DNA of 64,000 nt from a plasmid. The translations under genes were made by a program, and so were the position numbers. The DNA lies in the sequence record NZ_CP011600.1, one strand, 5' to 3'. Shown piece after piece: positions 49,434 through 58,336 of the stretch; position 1 is the first letter of the stretch, and each line of letters starts with the position of its first letter. Below the pieces are notes generated by a model. It was not told where the DNA came from. It saw only the letters and a program-made list of their open reading frames with translations, and searched no databases.

Positions 49434-50054
49434 ATGAAAGTAAAAGAAAAAATGGGTGACGGTCGTGGCAGGCCGCGAAAATATGCCAGAGGAGAAATGC
49501 AGTACCGGAAATTATGGTTACCGGAAAATTTACTGATGGAGCTGCGAGTGGCAGCAAGGGTCAGAAATTTCACCACCAATGATGAAATCATCAGCCGTCT
49601 TATTGCTTCGTTAAACTTTTCGCCGCGCCGGCATATTATCAAAACGGATGAAGGACAACGTCTTGTAGCGCTTGCACGGTTATTTGATGAGTTTCTTCAG
49701 GCAAGACTCGATGTGATTCGCAAAAAATATCAGGCAGAGAAAATCAGTGACAACGGTAAAAAAACATTTGTCCCGGGAAAGAACCGCGCATTCAGCAGCA
49801 GTTTCCCGGAGAATTTACGCCGGGATATGGAAGTCAGCGCCCGGTTTAACCGGCGAAGTATGAACAGGGAAATCATGGAGCGGCTTCTGGATTCACTGAA
49901 TTATTTAACCGAACAGCAGTTACCCGAAAATGAGGAAGTCTGGCGACTGCGTGAACTGGCAATACTGTTTGATGAGTTTATTTCAGGGAAAGTGGTAAAA
50001 GCAGAAAATCCGCTCACGAAGGAAGTGGCAGGTGAAGAGAAAAAAGAAGAGTGA
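49434..50054 (+). CDS. Tandem ribbon-helix-helix DNA-binding protein (TraY-like, two RHH repeats), divergent from traA
   Basis: 206 aa from an SD-preceded ATG. Two internally repeated modules each with a RHH signature (KLWLPENLLMELRVAARVRNFTTNDEIISRLIASL and SSSFPENLRRDMEVSARFNRRSMNREIMERLLDSL) followed by L..LA.LFDEF helices. Confidence 0.6.
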   Translation: MKVKEKMGDGRGRPRKYARGEMQYRKLWLPENLLMELRVAARVRNFTTNDEIISRLIASLNFSPRRHIIKTDEGQRLVALARLFDEFLQARLDVIRKKYQAEKISDNGKKTFVPGKNRAFSSSFPENLRRDMEVSARFNRRSMNREIMERLLDSLNYLTEQQLPENEEVWRLRELAILFDEFISGKVVKAENPLTKEVAGEEKKEE

Positions 50055-50597
50055 AGTTATAAGCAACCATTACGCATTATTAACGTTCTGAATCAGTACG
50101 GGCATTGTCTGTTTCACTCTGTAAATATACACACCGCAATAAGAATCCGTAATGTCACGGGGTAACGTCTCCCGATATTATTGCCATATCACAGCGACCT
50201 TTCACAGCGAATAAGGAAATCAGAAAGCGGGTGGCGTAAATGCCACCCGACACCGTCTGTAAAAACACACTTAAAAAATGCAAACGGGTCACCTCAGCCT
50301 CATGCATCGAAAAGCCTGTCCACAGCGTTATTTCGCGTATCTGTCCACCCACAACCATAACAGAATACACAGCCAGCCAGGACAGAACGCCAGAATCTTG
50401 CGACTTACAGAGCCCACTACAGAGATATCCTTCGCCGGGAAACCGGGCGGTAAATACGCTCCCGTTATTCGATATCAGCATCACGCATAAAAAACAGGGA
50501 GAGGAAACCGTCAGTGCTGAGAGGATACGTTCAGACCGGAAACATAAACACGACCGGCACGCTTCCGGTCATGCTTTATTTTTTTAAAACAGGGTAT

Positions 50598-50987
50598 TTA
50601 TTCTTCCTGAATAAAGTGTTTACTTTCTGCCTTATCTTCCGCATCGGACATCCCGGTAAGATTCAGGTCCATAAGCGCTTCCAGTTTATCCTGAGTGTTC
50701 TCTCCCCTGATTTGCAGATACATTTCTGTCATCATGGCCATCATGATACTCGTACCTTCACGCGTACCGGCCACCCTGCGTATTAAGTCACGATTGAATC
50801 CTTCCATATCGAATTTATTCCCTTCGCTCTGATGCTTTTTGACCATCAGGCCAATGCCGACCAGTTCATTCACCACGGACGAGAAGTTAACCTCGCCATG
50901 CGTGGCGCCGTTCTGCATTTCAATCTGGACCAGCTCCAGCACTTCCCGCTCGGTCTTTTCCTTGAAGTAGATGTTTCTTCGGCCCAT
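50598..50987 (-). CDS. traM: TraM relaxosome accessory protein
   Basis: 129 aa. Similar in size, position (adjacent to oriT) and architecture to F TraM (N-terminal RHH-like DNA-binding region, C-terminal tetramerisation domain ending in an acidic tail). Confidence 0.7.
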   Translation of the reverse strand: MGRRNIYFKEKTEREVLELVQIEMQNGATHGEVNFSSVVNELVGIGLMVKKHQSEGNKFDMEGFNRDLIRRVAGTREGTSIMMAMMTEMYLQIRGENTQDKLEALMDLNLTGMSDAEDKAESKHFIQEE

Positions 50988-51124
50988 TGTCCTGTCACCT
51001 CATGCCGCGCATAATGAAAACGCCCGGCAGTTATATGAATTAACGTAAATACGCTCACGCGGATGTAATATAAATTTGATGCGCGGGGATAACCTGTCCC
51101 GGATAATTATTCTCTCCGCATTCA

Positions 51125-51510
51125 GTGTGTGTCAATCCGGCACTGAGTAATATTTTTTTCAGGTGTGTGAATCCGGCACTGTTCACACCAAAAAGGTGTG
51201 TTAATTCAGCACTATGTATCAAAAACGTGTGTGTCAATCCGGCACTATACTGCGTTTTCGTGTGTGTTAATCCGGCACTGTGCCCTGTTTTTATGTGTGT
51301 TAATCCGGCACCATTCAGTATTTTAATGTGTGTCAATCCGGCACTGCACGCTGAAAATTTATCTATAATTCACTGATTTTAAATAATAGCCACAATAAAC
51401 ACACACCACAGTGCCGTTTACAGTGCCTGATTGACACACAATTAGGCACTGCATTGACACACAATCCGGCACTGCATTAACACACAATTAGGCACTGAAA
51501 CATGTGTTAA
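51125..51510. repeat. Array of ~12 copies of a 19-bp motif TGTGTGT(C/T)AATCCGGCACTG: 7 direct copies with ~33-bp periodicity (51125-51346) then 4-5 inverted/degenerate copies (51400-51510)
   Basis: Direct copies begin at 51125, 51162, 51195, 51227, 51259, 51293 and 51326. Inverted copies include cagtgcctgattgacacaca (51421-51440). Located between the traM promoter and oriT. Confidence 0.75.
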
Positions 51511-51559
51511 TTAACACACACTTTGATTTGAACAGGCTAAAAACAGGCAAAATATCAAT

Positions 51560-51625
51560 GTAAGCAACTGTTTTAAAAAACAAAAACTGCAAGATGAAAT
51601 CTTGCGTGGGGTGTGATGAAACTAA
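51560..51625 (+). promoter_or_regulatory. oriT: F-like oriT core with nic site ~51613/51614 (GCGTGGGGTGT|G) and adjacent inverted repeat gcaagat-gaa-atcttgc
   Basis: Sequence aactgcaagatgaaatcttgcgtggggtgtgatg matches the F/R100 nic region (TTTGCGTGGGGTGT|GGTG) including the conserved IR. Plus strand is the nicked/transferred strand, leading region to the right. Confidence 0.6.
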
Positions 51626-51791
51626 AAGAAGAAAAAGCGGCTTGTGAAATAGATCGAAGTTGTTGGATTTATTATATCTCTGTCTCCTTTCAGGGATGTG
51701 CAGCAAGCGCCCCGTGCGCGTCTGTAACGAATTATCTTGCAACGGATGATCTGAACGCGTATTTTTCACAAAAAACCGTCAGGCACATTTT

Positions 51792-52361
51792 GTGCGCGCA
51801 TATGAGATTATCAGAATGAAATGGTTAGCTATCGCTGGCTTTGCTGCCGTATTCAGCGCACAGGCCGCGCCGGAATTATGTTTCGATGAAGCTGGTCGTG
51901 ACTATGGTATTGATCCCACGCTTCTGATGGCAATATCAATACAGGAGAGCCGGTTAAATCCGACAGCCATTAACAGCGCCAGTGCGGGCGGTACAGAAGA
52001 CGTCTGTGCGATGCAGCTCAACAGTAATAATTTCGGCAAGCTGAAAAACTTCAATATCACGCGTAAGGATCTGCTTAATAATCCCTGCATCTGCGTGTAC
52101 AGCGGCGCATGGATTTTAGCCAGAAACTTCCAGGCCTACGGCAGGAACTGGGACAGTGTGGGAATGTATAATACAGGACCGAATCCAAAACTGATAAAAG
52201 CAAGGCGTGAATATGCGAGGATCATAAAAAGCATCTACACGGTACTGCTCGCCAGAAAACAGTTACTTGAGAAAGGCACAGGCGATCCCGTTAAAACGTC
52301 GCCATTCAGTGAAAATGCTGACCAGAGAACACCGGTGAAAGACGAAAAAAAGCCCGGTTAA
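51792..52361 (+). CDS. Lytic transglycosylase (F orf169 / R1 gene 19 / geneX family, SLT domain)
   Basis: 189 aa with signal peptide. Motifs (CFDEAGRDYGIDPTLLMAISIQESR, GAWILARNF, GMYNTGP) match F Orf169 ([25 protein letters not shown]). Confidence 0.85.
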   Translation: MRAYEIIRMKWLAIAGFAAVFSAQAAPELCFDEAGRDYGIDPTLLMAISIQESRLNPTAINSASAGGTEDVCAMQLNSNNFGKLKNFNITRKDLLNNPCICVYSGAWILARNFQAYGRNWDSVGMYNTGPNPKLIKARREYARIIKSIYTVLLARKQLLEKGTGDPVKTSPFSENADQRTPVKDEKKPG

Positions 52362-52377
52362 CCGGGCTTTTTATTTT

Positions 52378-53199
52378 CTAGCTCTTGAGCTTCGCAAACT
52401 CTTCGGCCATTTTCCACAATGCCTGATTAAGCTTTATGTCTCCGTCAATCCCTGTTACCGGGCGTGTGGTTGTATTTTTTCCTTTGGCCGTTCTGCCACG
52501 TAAACCACCCTTGATCAGGTTTTCCTGCACAGTGTTGTAGGTTGTCCAGAGGTCGGTTTGTTTATCTTCATAACGGCGCGGAACAAGAATTTTCTCTGCC
52601 GTGACGGGCGCTTCTTTGCCATCGTATTTAATATCGAGTGCGGTATTAGCGAGAAGGATTCTTTCGTCAGGAGAAACCGTGATCCCTTTCATCATCTCAA
52701 TATTTTCAGTGACATTATCAAATATCCCGAGCACCTCATATGCCCCTTCGATAACCTGCCCGACAATATCCCCTTTGTGAGGCACATTGATTTCCCCGAA
52801 TGACTTCCAGCAAACCAGACCATTCGTGCAGACCTGCCGATACATACCGGGGATCATTTTATAACTGCTGGACCCGTCGTGTGAGTTCAGTAAAAGAATC
52901 TCCGGCACTTCTTTACCCGAAAAATTATCGCCGCGACGTAAACGCAACATATGTTTCGTGAATTCCCGGCGGTCCGGATTACGTACACGTGACTGGCTGG
53001 CGTAATACGGCTGGAATCCCTCTTCACGCAGGCGATCCAGTAATGCGATGGTCGGAATATAGGTATATCTGTCAGAGCGTGATTCGTGTTTTTCCACTGA
53101 AAACGCGCTGGGAACAACACGCATCAGTTCATCATTCGTGAGAGGACGATTCTGGCGAATTGATGTCGGCGCAGCATAACGTGATGATAAACGGATCAT
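52378..53199 (-). CDS. DUF932-family leading-region protein (F orf273-like)
   Basis: 274 aa from the ATG at 53199 with a perfect AAGGAG SD. N-terminus MIRLSSRYAAP...RPLTNDELMRVVPSAF...HESRSDRYTYIPTIALLD.LREEGFQPY.ASQSRVRNP is typical of DUF932 proteins found next to oriT. Confidence 0.6.
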   Translation of the reverse strand: MIRLSSRYAAPTSIRQNRPLTNDELMRVVPSAFSVEKHESRSDRYTYIPTIALLDRLREEGFQPYYASQSRVRNPDRREFTKHMLRLRRGDNFSGKEVPEILLLNSHDGSSSYKMIPGMYRQVCTNGLVCWKSFGEINVPHKGDIVGQVIEGAYEVLGIFDNVTENIEMMKGITVSPDERILLANTALDIKYDGKEAPVTAEKILVPRRYEDKQTDLWTTYNTVQENLIKGGLRGRTAKGKNTTTRPVTGIDGDIKLNQALWKMAEEFAKLKS

Positions 53200-53209
53200 G
53201 GTTATCTCC

Positions 53210-53512
53210 TTAAAAATAATTAGCAGGTACAACACGAAATAAAAAATCGAGTGGCAGAGCAGCTGCAACTGGCCAGCCGTTGCTGATCCAGACAGCGCAG
53301 TAATCCGGGATACCCTTTTCAAATACGTTGAGTTCTTCCGCATCTGCGGGTGGGGTGAAGTCGTGGCATTTCGCGCCCGGAATATCATCCGTCGCAGCAA
53401 AAACCCAGTTAAAGAGGTCGATGATCTGCCTGTCAGTCAGGCATGTGTTTTGATCACATCTTCCGGCGGTTTCTTCTCCGGCGCTTTTGACGTTGACGTT
53501 CTGTGTGTGCAT
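53210..53512 (-). CDS. Leading-region small protein (shares N-terminal MHTQNVNVK.AGEETAGR module with 55416..55787)
   Basis: 100 aa with a strong SD (GAAGGAGAAAA) embedded in repeat A. Rest of the protein is unique. Confidence 0.4.
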   Translation of the reverse strand: MHTQNVNVKSAGEETAGRCDQNTCLTDRQIIDLFNWVFAATDDIPGAKCHDFTPPADAEELNVFEKGIPDYCAVWISNGWPVAAALPLDFLFRVVPANYF

Positions 53513-54045
53513 CCTGGTTTTCTCCTTCGGTGATGGTTAATCCATCTCCCTTGGCTGGTACTCTCGCGGCAACGGGCAGAGTAGCGACGGCAGACGAATG
53601 ACCGAATGGGCGTCACCGGAGGCCGCAGCGCAAGCGAGTCGTTTACGGCGAGTGCGAACGGGCGAGGAACGGCAACGCGTACCCATTCAGGGCAGGCGGA
53701 TGACGGTGCTACGAAATGCCCTCCGCGTGAGGACGGCAAGGGTGATGGCCTCACCGGACTGGCAGGATGCACACACCCGACCCGGCAACGTCATATCGCC
53801 GGGTCGCCCTTAAAGCGCCGGCGGCCACGTCGCCGGTGCGGTGAGAGCGGCGCGTCCCCCGGACGCAGCAAGCGCGCCCTAGACCTTGCCATCGGACACT
53901 AGCGAGCAGCCCGAAACCGCGCAGCGGGTTCGGCGGAGCTTAGCCGGCGGCCTGCCGCCGGGTTAGCGGAGTGTGGCCCTGACGACCCGGCCGGAACGGA
54001 CGGGGAGCCGAAGGGGGCCAGTGCCCTGAAGAGGTTTTTTGTGTT
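53440..54045 (-). repeat. Leading-region repeat unit A (Frpo/ssi-like single-strand promoter element plus shared RBS and first 18 codons)
   Basis: ~600 bp, >90% identical to 55715-56320 and (distal ~420 bp) to 57570-57995. GC-rich with multiple internal palindromes. Lies immediately upstream (minus strand) of small ORFs. Confidence 0.6.
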
Positions 54046-54149
54046 CAGTGATCGGGAAAAGACGAATAACCAGGACAGGAATATGCGCCGGCACAGCAGC
54101 AAACATGTCAGGAATACGGGAGAGGGTAAGACACTATGTACCAGGCGTA

Positions 54150-54220
54150 CGGGGAAAAGGGGGCGCGCCGCAGGCGCCCCCGTCCTGCCCGGTTCCCCGC
54201 AGGGGAACGCCCTTCCCGGC
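54150..54220 (-). terminator. Hairpin plus U-tract (cgggggcgcctgcggcgcgccccc TTTTCCCC on minus strand) and palindrome gttccccgcaggggaac downstream of the 54243..54599 gene
   Basis: GC stem followed by a T-run on the coding (minus) strand. A near-identical palindrome (gttccccggaggggaac) recurs at 58372-58392. Confidence 0.45.
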
Positions 54221-54242
54221 CGTGGCCGTTCCGGGCAGATGA

Positions 54243-54599
54243 TCAGCCGATTTCACCCTCTTCCATTTCAACGTACATCTCGGCAGCCATCATTAACGCC
54301 ATGAGTCCATTATGGTGCGGCGTGGTGATGCCAACCTGTTCACACAGGTGCATCAGATCGGCCAGGAAATCGATGATCACGGTCTCCATCTCTTCTGAAT
54401 CATTGGCCAGGCCAGTACGCTCAGCAAACAACCAGAGTGCCTCTGCCGCCAGGGCGGCGCGGTCTGCATTGTTCCAGACAACAGCCGGTGACGGGCGGCC
54501 GGAAACATTCGCCGCCAGATCGGCAAGCTCAGACGCAGGCAAGGATTCACCGCGACTCGCTCCCAACGCAGGCCCCATTTCTTCTTGTGCTTCTGACAT
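54243..54599 (-). CDS. Small highly acidic leading-region protein (DNA-mimic / anti-restriction candidate)
   Basis: 118 aa, strongly D/E-rich (…EEMETVIIDFLADLMHLCEQ...EMYVEMEEGEIG). No recognisable fold. Confidence 0.45.
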   Translation of the reverse strand: MSEAQEEMGPALGASRGESLPASELADLAANVSGRPSPAVVWNNADRAALAAEALWLFAERTGLANDSEEMETVIIDFLADLMHLCEQVGITTPHHNGLMALMMAAEMYVEMEEGEIG

Positions 54600-54889
54600 G
54601 ATGAGTTCTCCTGATGGTGGGTGATAAGGCCGCCATTACTGGCGGCCCCGTTTATTACGCCTCAGCCTCCATCCGGGCATTTACGGTAGTCATGAACTGC
54701 TGCCAGAATTCAAAACGCAGCGCGGGCATATGCGCGCGTTTTCCTGCTTTCAGGGCATTTACAAACGCGTTTGCCTGTGCGACGATTTGCGGGTCAAATA
54801 TCATGGATTAGTCCTCCATAGTGGTTTTGATGTGGACAGCACCTCGACCGTGCTGCCCGTTGATTAAGCAGGGTTGCCACCCTGCTTTT

Positions 54890-55354
54890 TTAATGCCCGG
54901 AATTCAGTTGCTTCTCCGGACAGAAACGGGTGATCACATCCTCGATCAGCGCTTTATGTTTCAGGGTGTGCAGGTCATGGCACTCAAAGAAACGCCCCTC
55001 CACACTCACAAAAATTGCGGTCACATCGCCGCCCGTAAATTCGCGCGACTTGAACGACTCCCCGCCAAATCCCCGGCACCAGTCCAGCGGCGGAAGAACT
55101 TCGAGCTGGTCGATGTACCGGGCTTCGGAAATCTCCACCCACGGACGGCGATAACCCAGGTTTTGCGCTTCCTTCACTTCGGAAAAAGACAGCAGTTCTG
55201 TGTCCGGGTAGATACGGCGCACGGCGTTCAGTGTTTTCGCACCATATTCGGTCACCCATTCGCCGTCCTGCTGCCTGGCCCAGGCATAGACGGTGTTGCA
55301 GGACGGGACATAAAACGCCATCGATGGGGTATTGAGAATTTCAGTTACGGACAT
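54890..55354 (-). CDS. Leading-region hypothetical protein
   Basis: 154 aa, good codon usage, co-directional with other leading genes. No family assignment possible by eye. Confidence 0.45.
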   Translation of the reverse strand: MSVTEILNTPSMAFYVPSCNTVYAWARQQDGEWVTEYGAKTLNAVRRIYPDTELLSFSEVKEAQNLGYRRPWVEISEARYIDQLEVLPPLDWCRGFGGESFKSREFTGGDVTAIFVSVEGRFFECHDLHTLKHKALIEDVITRFCPEKQLNSGH

Positions 55355-55415
55355 TCTTATCTCCTTAGTGATGGTGGCCGGTTACCCGGCCGGGTCGTTG
55401 CGGTTAACGTTCCGG

Positions 55416-55787
55416 TCAGTAATCAGCGGCCAGTTCAGACAACAGCAGGTCGCATTCATCCTGTGCCCGCGCCTCCTCTGACGCAGTTACCATGTAACCC
55501 CGTTTAGCCGCCGCACCGATGAAAGCAGGGCGGTCATTCAGCGGCAGTTTTGCCAGGTGAATCATCGCCATCGATAAGAGGCGGGCTTCATAAATCTCGT
55601 AGTACAGCCCACACCCACGGTTTGCCTGTTTTTCCATCCGTGCCAGAACCACATCGGCGCGAATAACGTCGAACGGGTTACGTGAATGAATGTTTGTGAT
55701 AAAGCCATCAGTACGCATTGGTTTTATCCCCCATCTTCCGGCGGTTTCCTCTCCGGCGGTTTTGACGTTGACGTTCTGTGTGTGCAT
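55416..55787 (-). CDS. Leading-region small protein (shares N-terminal module with 53210..53512)
   Basis: 123 aa. First gene after repeat unit B. Identical first 9 codons and an SD identical to the gene after repeat A. Confidence 0.45.
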   Translation of the reverse strand: MHTQNVNVKTAGEETAGRWGIKPMRTDGFITNIHSRNPFDVIRADVVLARMEKQANRGCGLYYEIYEARLLSMAMIHLAKLPLNDRPAFIGAAAKRGYMVTASEEARAQDECDLLLSELAADY

Positions 55788-56320
55788 CCTGGTTTTCTCC
55801 TTCGGTGATGGTTAATCCATCTCCCTGGCTGGTACTCTCGCGGCAACGGGCCGAGTAGCGACGGCAGACGAATGACCGAATGGGCGTCACCGGAGGCCGC
55901 AGCGCAAGCGAGCCGTTTACGGCGAGTGCGAACGGGCGAGGAACGGCAACGCGTACCCATTCAGGGCAGGCGGATGACGGTGCTACGAACAGCCCTCCGC
56001 GTGAGGACAGCAGGGGAGATGGCCTCACCGGACTGGCAGGATGCACACACCCGACCCGGCAACGTCATATCGCCGGGTCGCCCTTAAAGCGCCGGCGCCC
56101 GTCGCCGGTGCGGTGAGAGCGGCGCGTCCCCCGGACGCAGCAAGCGCGCCCCGGACCTTCGCCATCGGACACTAGCGAGCAGCCCGAAACCCGAAGGGGT
56201 TCGGCGGAGCTTAGCCGGCGGCCTGCCGCCGGGTTAGCGGAGTGTGGCCCTGACGACCCGGCCGGAACGGACGGGGAGCCGAAGGGGGCCAGTGCCCTGA
56301 AGAGGGTTTTGCTTTGAATG
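55715..56320 (-). repeat. Leading-region repeat unit B (Frpo/ssi-like)
   Basis: Near-identical to unit A (e.g. gtagcgacggcagacgaatgaccgaatgggcgtcaccggaggccgcagcgcaagcgag...). Ends with ...gggggccagtgccctgaagag. Confidence 0.6.
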
Positions 56321-56560
56321 CATCCTGGAACACCCGGTAACAGCACGCACACAGGCAGCCACCGGAAACCGCAGCACACCCGGACCCACTCACCGGATAT
56401 AATGATGAGAGTGACGCCGCGAAGGGGGAGGCCCGGTGCGTCAGCACCGGCTTCCCCCGGCACGCAGTGCCGGTGGTTTTCGGGCCGTGCGCCGGGGCAG
56501 GCCACCGGGCAGACGGCTCCCGGTCTGGTACGCACCAGGAGCCTGTGGTGATGAGCTGTC

Positions 56561-56863
56561 TCAGGCCGGTTGTTTTCTGTTAAACGTGACGGCGTAATCG
56601 TCATAACTGAGACAGCCCCGCAGCCGCGTGAGCCTGACCACATTCTCCGCCAGGCCATTCATCGTCAGTATCCGCTCGATACCTGCAAAGAGGTCTTCAC
56701 GCTCACCGAGCGGAAACCAGAGGTTGCTGTTGCTGCCGCTCAGGAGCGGATGGCCGCAAAAATGCACTCCCCTGCCCTGCCTGGTCAGGCAGACCGTAAC
56801 AGTGATATCAGCGCGGATATGCTCTGCTGATGTACTGAGACCAGGTTGTCCGGTCATTTCCAT
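56561..56863 (-). CDS. Leading-region hypothetical protein
   Basis: 100-aa ORF, second gene after repeat unit C. Confidence 0.35.
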   Translation of the reverse strand: MEMTGQPGLSTSAEHIRADITVTVCLTRQGRGVHFCGHPLLSGSNSNLWFPLGEREDLFAGIERILTMNGLAENVVRLTRLRGCLSYDDYAVTFNRKQPA

Positions 56864-56934
56864 GATGTTCTCCTTCCTGCGAATTCAGATGATGTGTCAC
56901 CCCGGCAAGGCCTGCCGGGGTGTGGCGCCGTGAT

Positions 56935-57513
56935 TCAGCGGACGTACTGCCAGTGACAGAAGGGACTCTCGTCGTCCCCTTTTTTCAGGTGTTCACGGGC
57001 GTACTTCTCCAGTCCCTTGTGTTCTGCCTCAAAAATCGCTCTCGCATCGTCGTTCATCACACCGGAAGCCATATAGACCTGCGTTGTTTCGTACTCGGCT
57101 GTTTCCGCGCACTCGTCATCGCCGATCCGGTTAGCACAATGCACCACCCTTGCTTCCCATGTTTCCGGCACGGCCTGCGGCTGCGGGCGGTATACAAACA
57201 CCGTGACCAGCAGTTTTTCCTGCGGTTTTATCAGCATCATCTCGATACCTGAACGGACACCCCTGTCGCCAAAAACCCACTCATCGAGCGCGAACCGCGC
57301 GGCTGACAGATACTCAATGCCCATGTCAAACGACGTGCGAATTGCAGCCGTATTCACTGCCGGGGATCCGGGAATAAACAGGCTGCGGCGATACGAACGC
57401 GCAGCACGTTCCCGGATGTCGTTAACATCACGGTTTAATGCCGTTGAATTCTGGTTTTCACCCCCTGTTTCGGCGGTTGTGGTTGCGGCGGTTTTGCTGT
57501 TCTGTGTTTTCAT
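56935..57513 (-). CDS. Leading-region hypothetical protein with acidic C-terminal half
   Basis: 192 aa. First gene after repeat unit C. Start MKTQNSKTAATTTAE resembles the MHTQN... module. Confidence 0.45.
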   Translation of the reverse strand: MKTQNSKTAATTTAETGGENQNSTALNRDVNDIRERAARSYRRSLFIPGSPAVNTAAIRTSFDMGIEYLSAARFALDEWVFGDRGVRSGIEMMLIKPQEKLLVTVFVYRPQPQAVPETWEARVVHCANRIGDDECAETAEYETTQVYMASGVMNDDARAIFEAEHKGLEKYAREHLKKGDDESPFCHWQYVR

Positions 57514-57569
57514 GCTGGTTCTCCTGTGTTGGTTACTGAAACCCTGTTTCGGTCGGAATGGCGCGGCAA

Positions 57570-57995
57570 AGGGCCAGGTAGCGACGGCAGACGAATGACC
57601 GAATGGGCGTCACCGGAGGCCGCAGCGCAAGCGAGCCGTTTACGGCGAGTGCGAACGGGCGAGGAACGGCGAGGCGAACCCATTCAGGGCAGGCGGATGA
57701 CGGTGCTACAGCAGCCTGACGCAGCCATCGCCCGGAACAGGCTGTACCGGCGGAGGATGAGCATGAAAACAGACAGAACAGTGCCCCTGCCCTGAGAGGC
57801 CGCGTGCGGCCGGTGAAAGCGGCGCGTCCCCCGGACGCAGCAAGCGCGCCCCGGACCTTTGCCATCGGACACCAGGAGCAGCCCGAAACCGCGCAGCGGG
57901 TTCGGCGGAGCTTAGCCGGCGGCCTGCCGCCGGGTTAGCGGAGTGTGGCCCTGACGCCCCGGCCGGAACGGACGGGGAGCCGAAGGGGGCCAGCT
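57570..57995 (-). repeat. Leading-region repeat unit C (Frpo/ssi-like, shorter)
   Basis: Shares the proximal ~150 bp and distal ~200 bp with units A and B, with a unique central segment. Confidence 0.55.
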
Positions 57996-58078
57996 TTCAG
58001 ATGTTCATTTTTCTGTTTTTTGTGGTGCTCTGGCGTATGCTGGAATTGCGCAAAAAAAGCGCAACCGGAGGCGTTCTC

Positions 58079-58336
58079 ATGTCAGAAAATGAAGACGAAG
58101 ATGATGCTGAAGACGCGTTTTACGACGAGACGTGCAGGATAGTGGGCCAGTGCTGCCTGATGCTGGCCATCAACGATGCAGAAACCGACCGGGCGCAGCT
58201 GGTATACCAGTTGAAACGACTTCACTGGAAAATCATGCAGCTGACCAGTGAATCCCACAACGGGATACTGATGGCCATCGGGCAACTGGAGACGGCGGAG
58301 ATGTATGAGGAGAGGACGGGCAGGCGGCGGGAATAA
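58079..58336 (+). CDS. Small acidic hypothetical protein (plus strand)
   Basis: 85 aa from an ATG preceded by a GGAGG SD (MSENEDEDDAEDAFYDETCRIV...). Opposite orientation to the other leading genes. Confidence 0.35.
   Translation: MSENEDEDDAEDAFYDETCRIVGQCCLMLAINDAETDRAQLVYQLKRLHWKIMQLTSESHNGILMAIGQLETAEMYEERTGRRRE

Noticed and set aside
51125-51510. Possible CRISPR array
   Set aside because: Repeats are 19 bp, in both orientations, with irregular 13-18-bp spacers, and lie in the oriT/traM promoter region. There are no cas genes. Interpreted as protein-binding sites.
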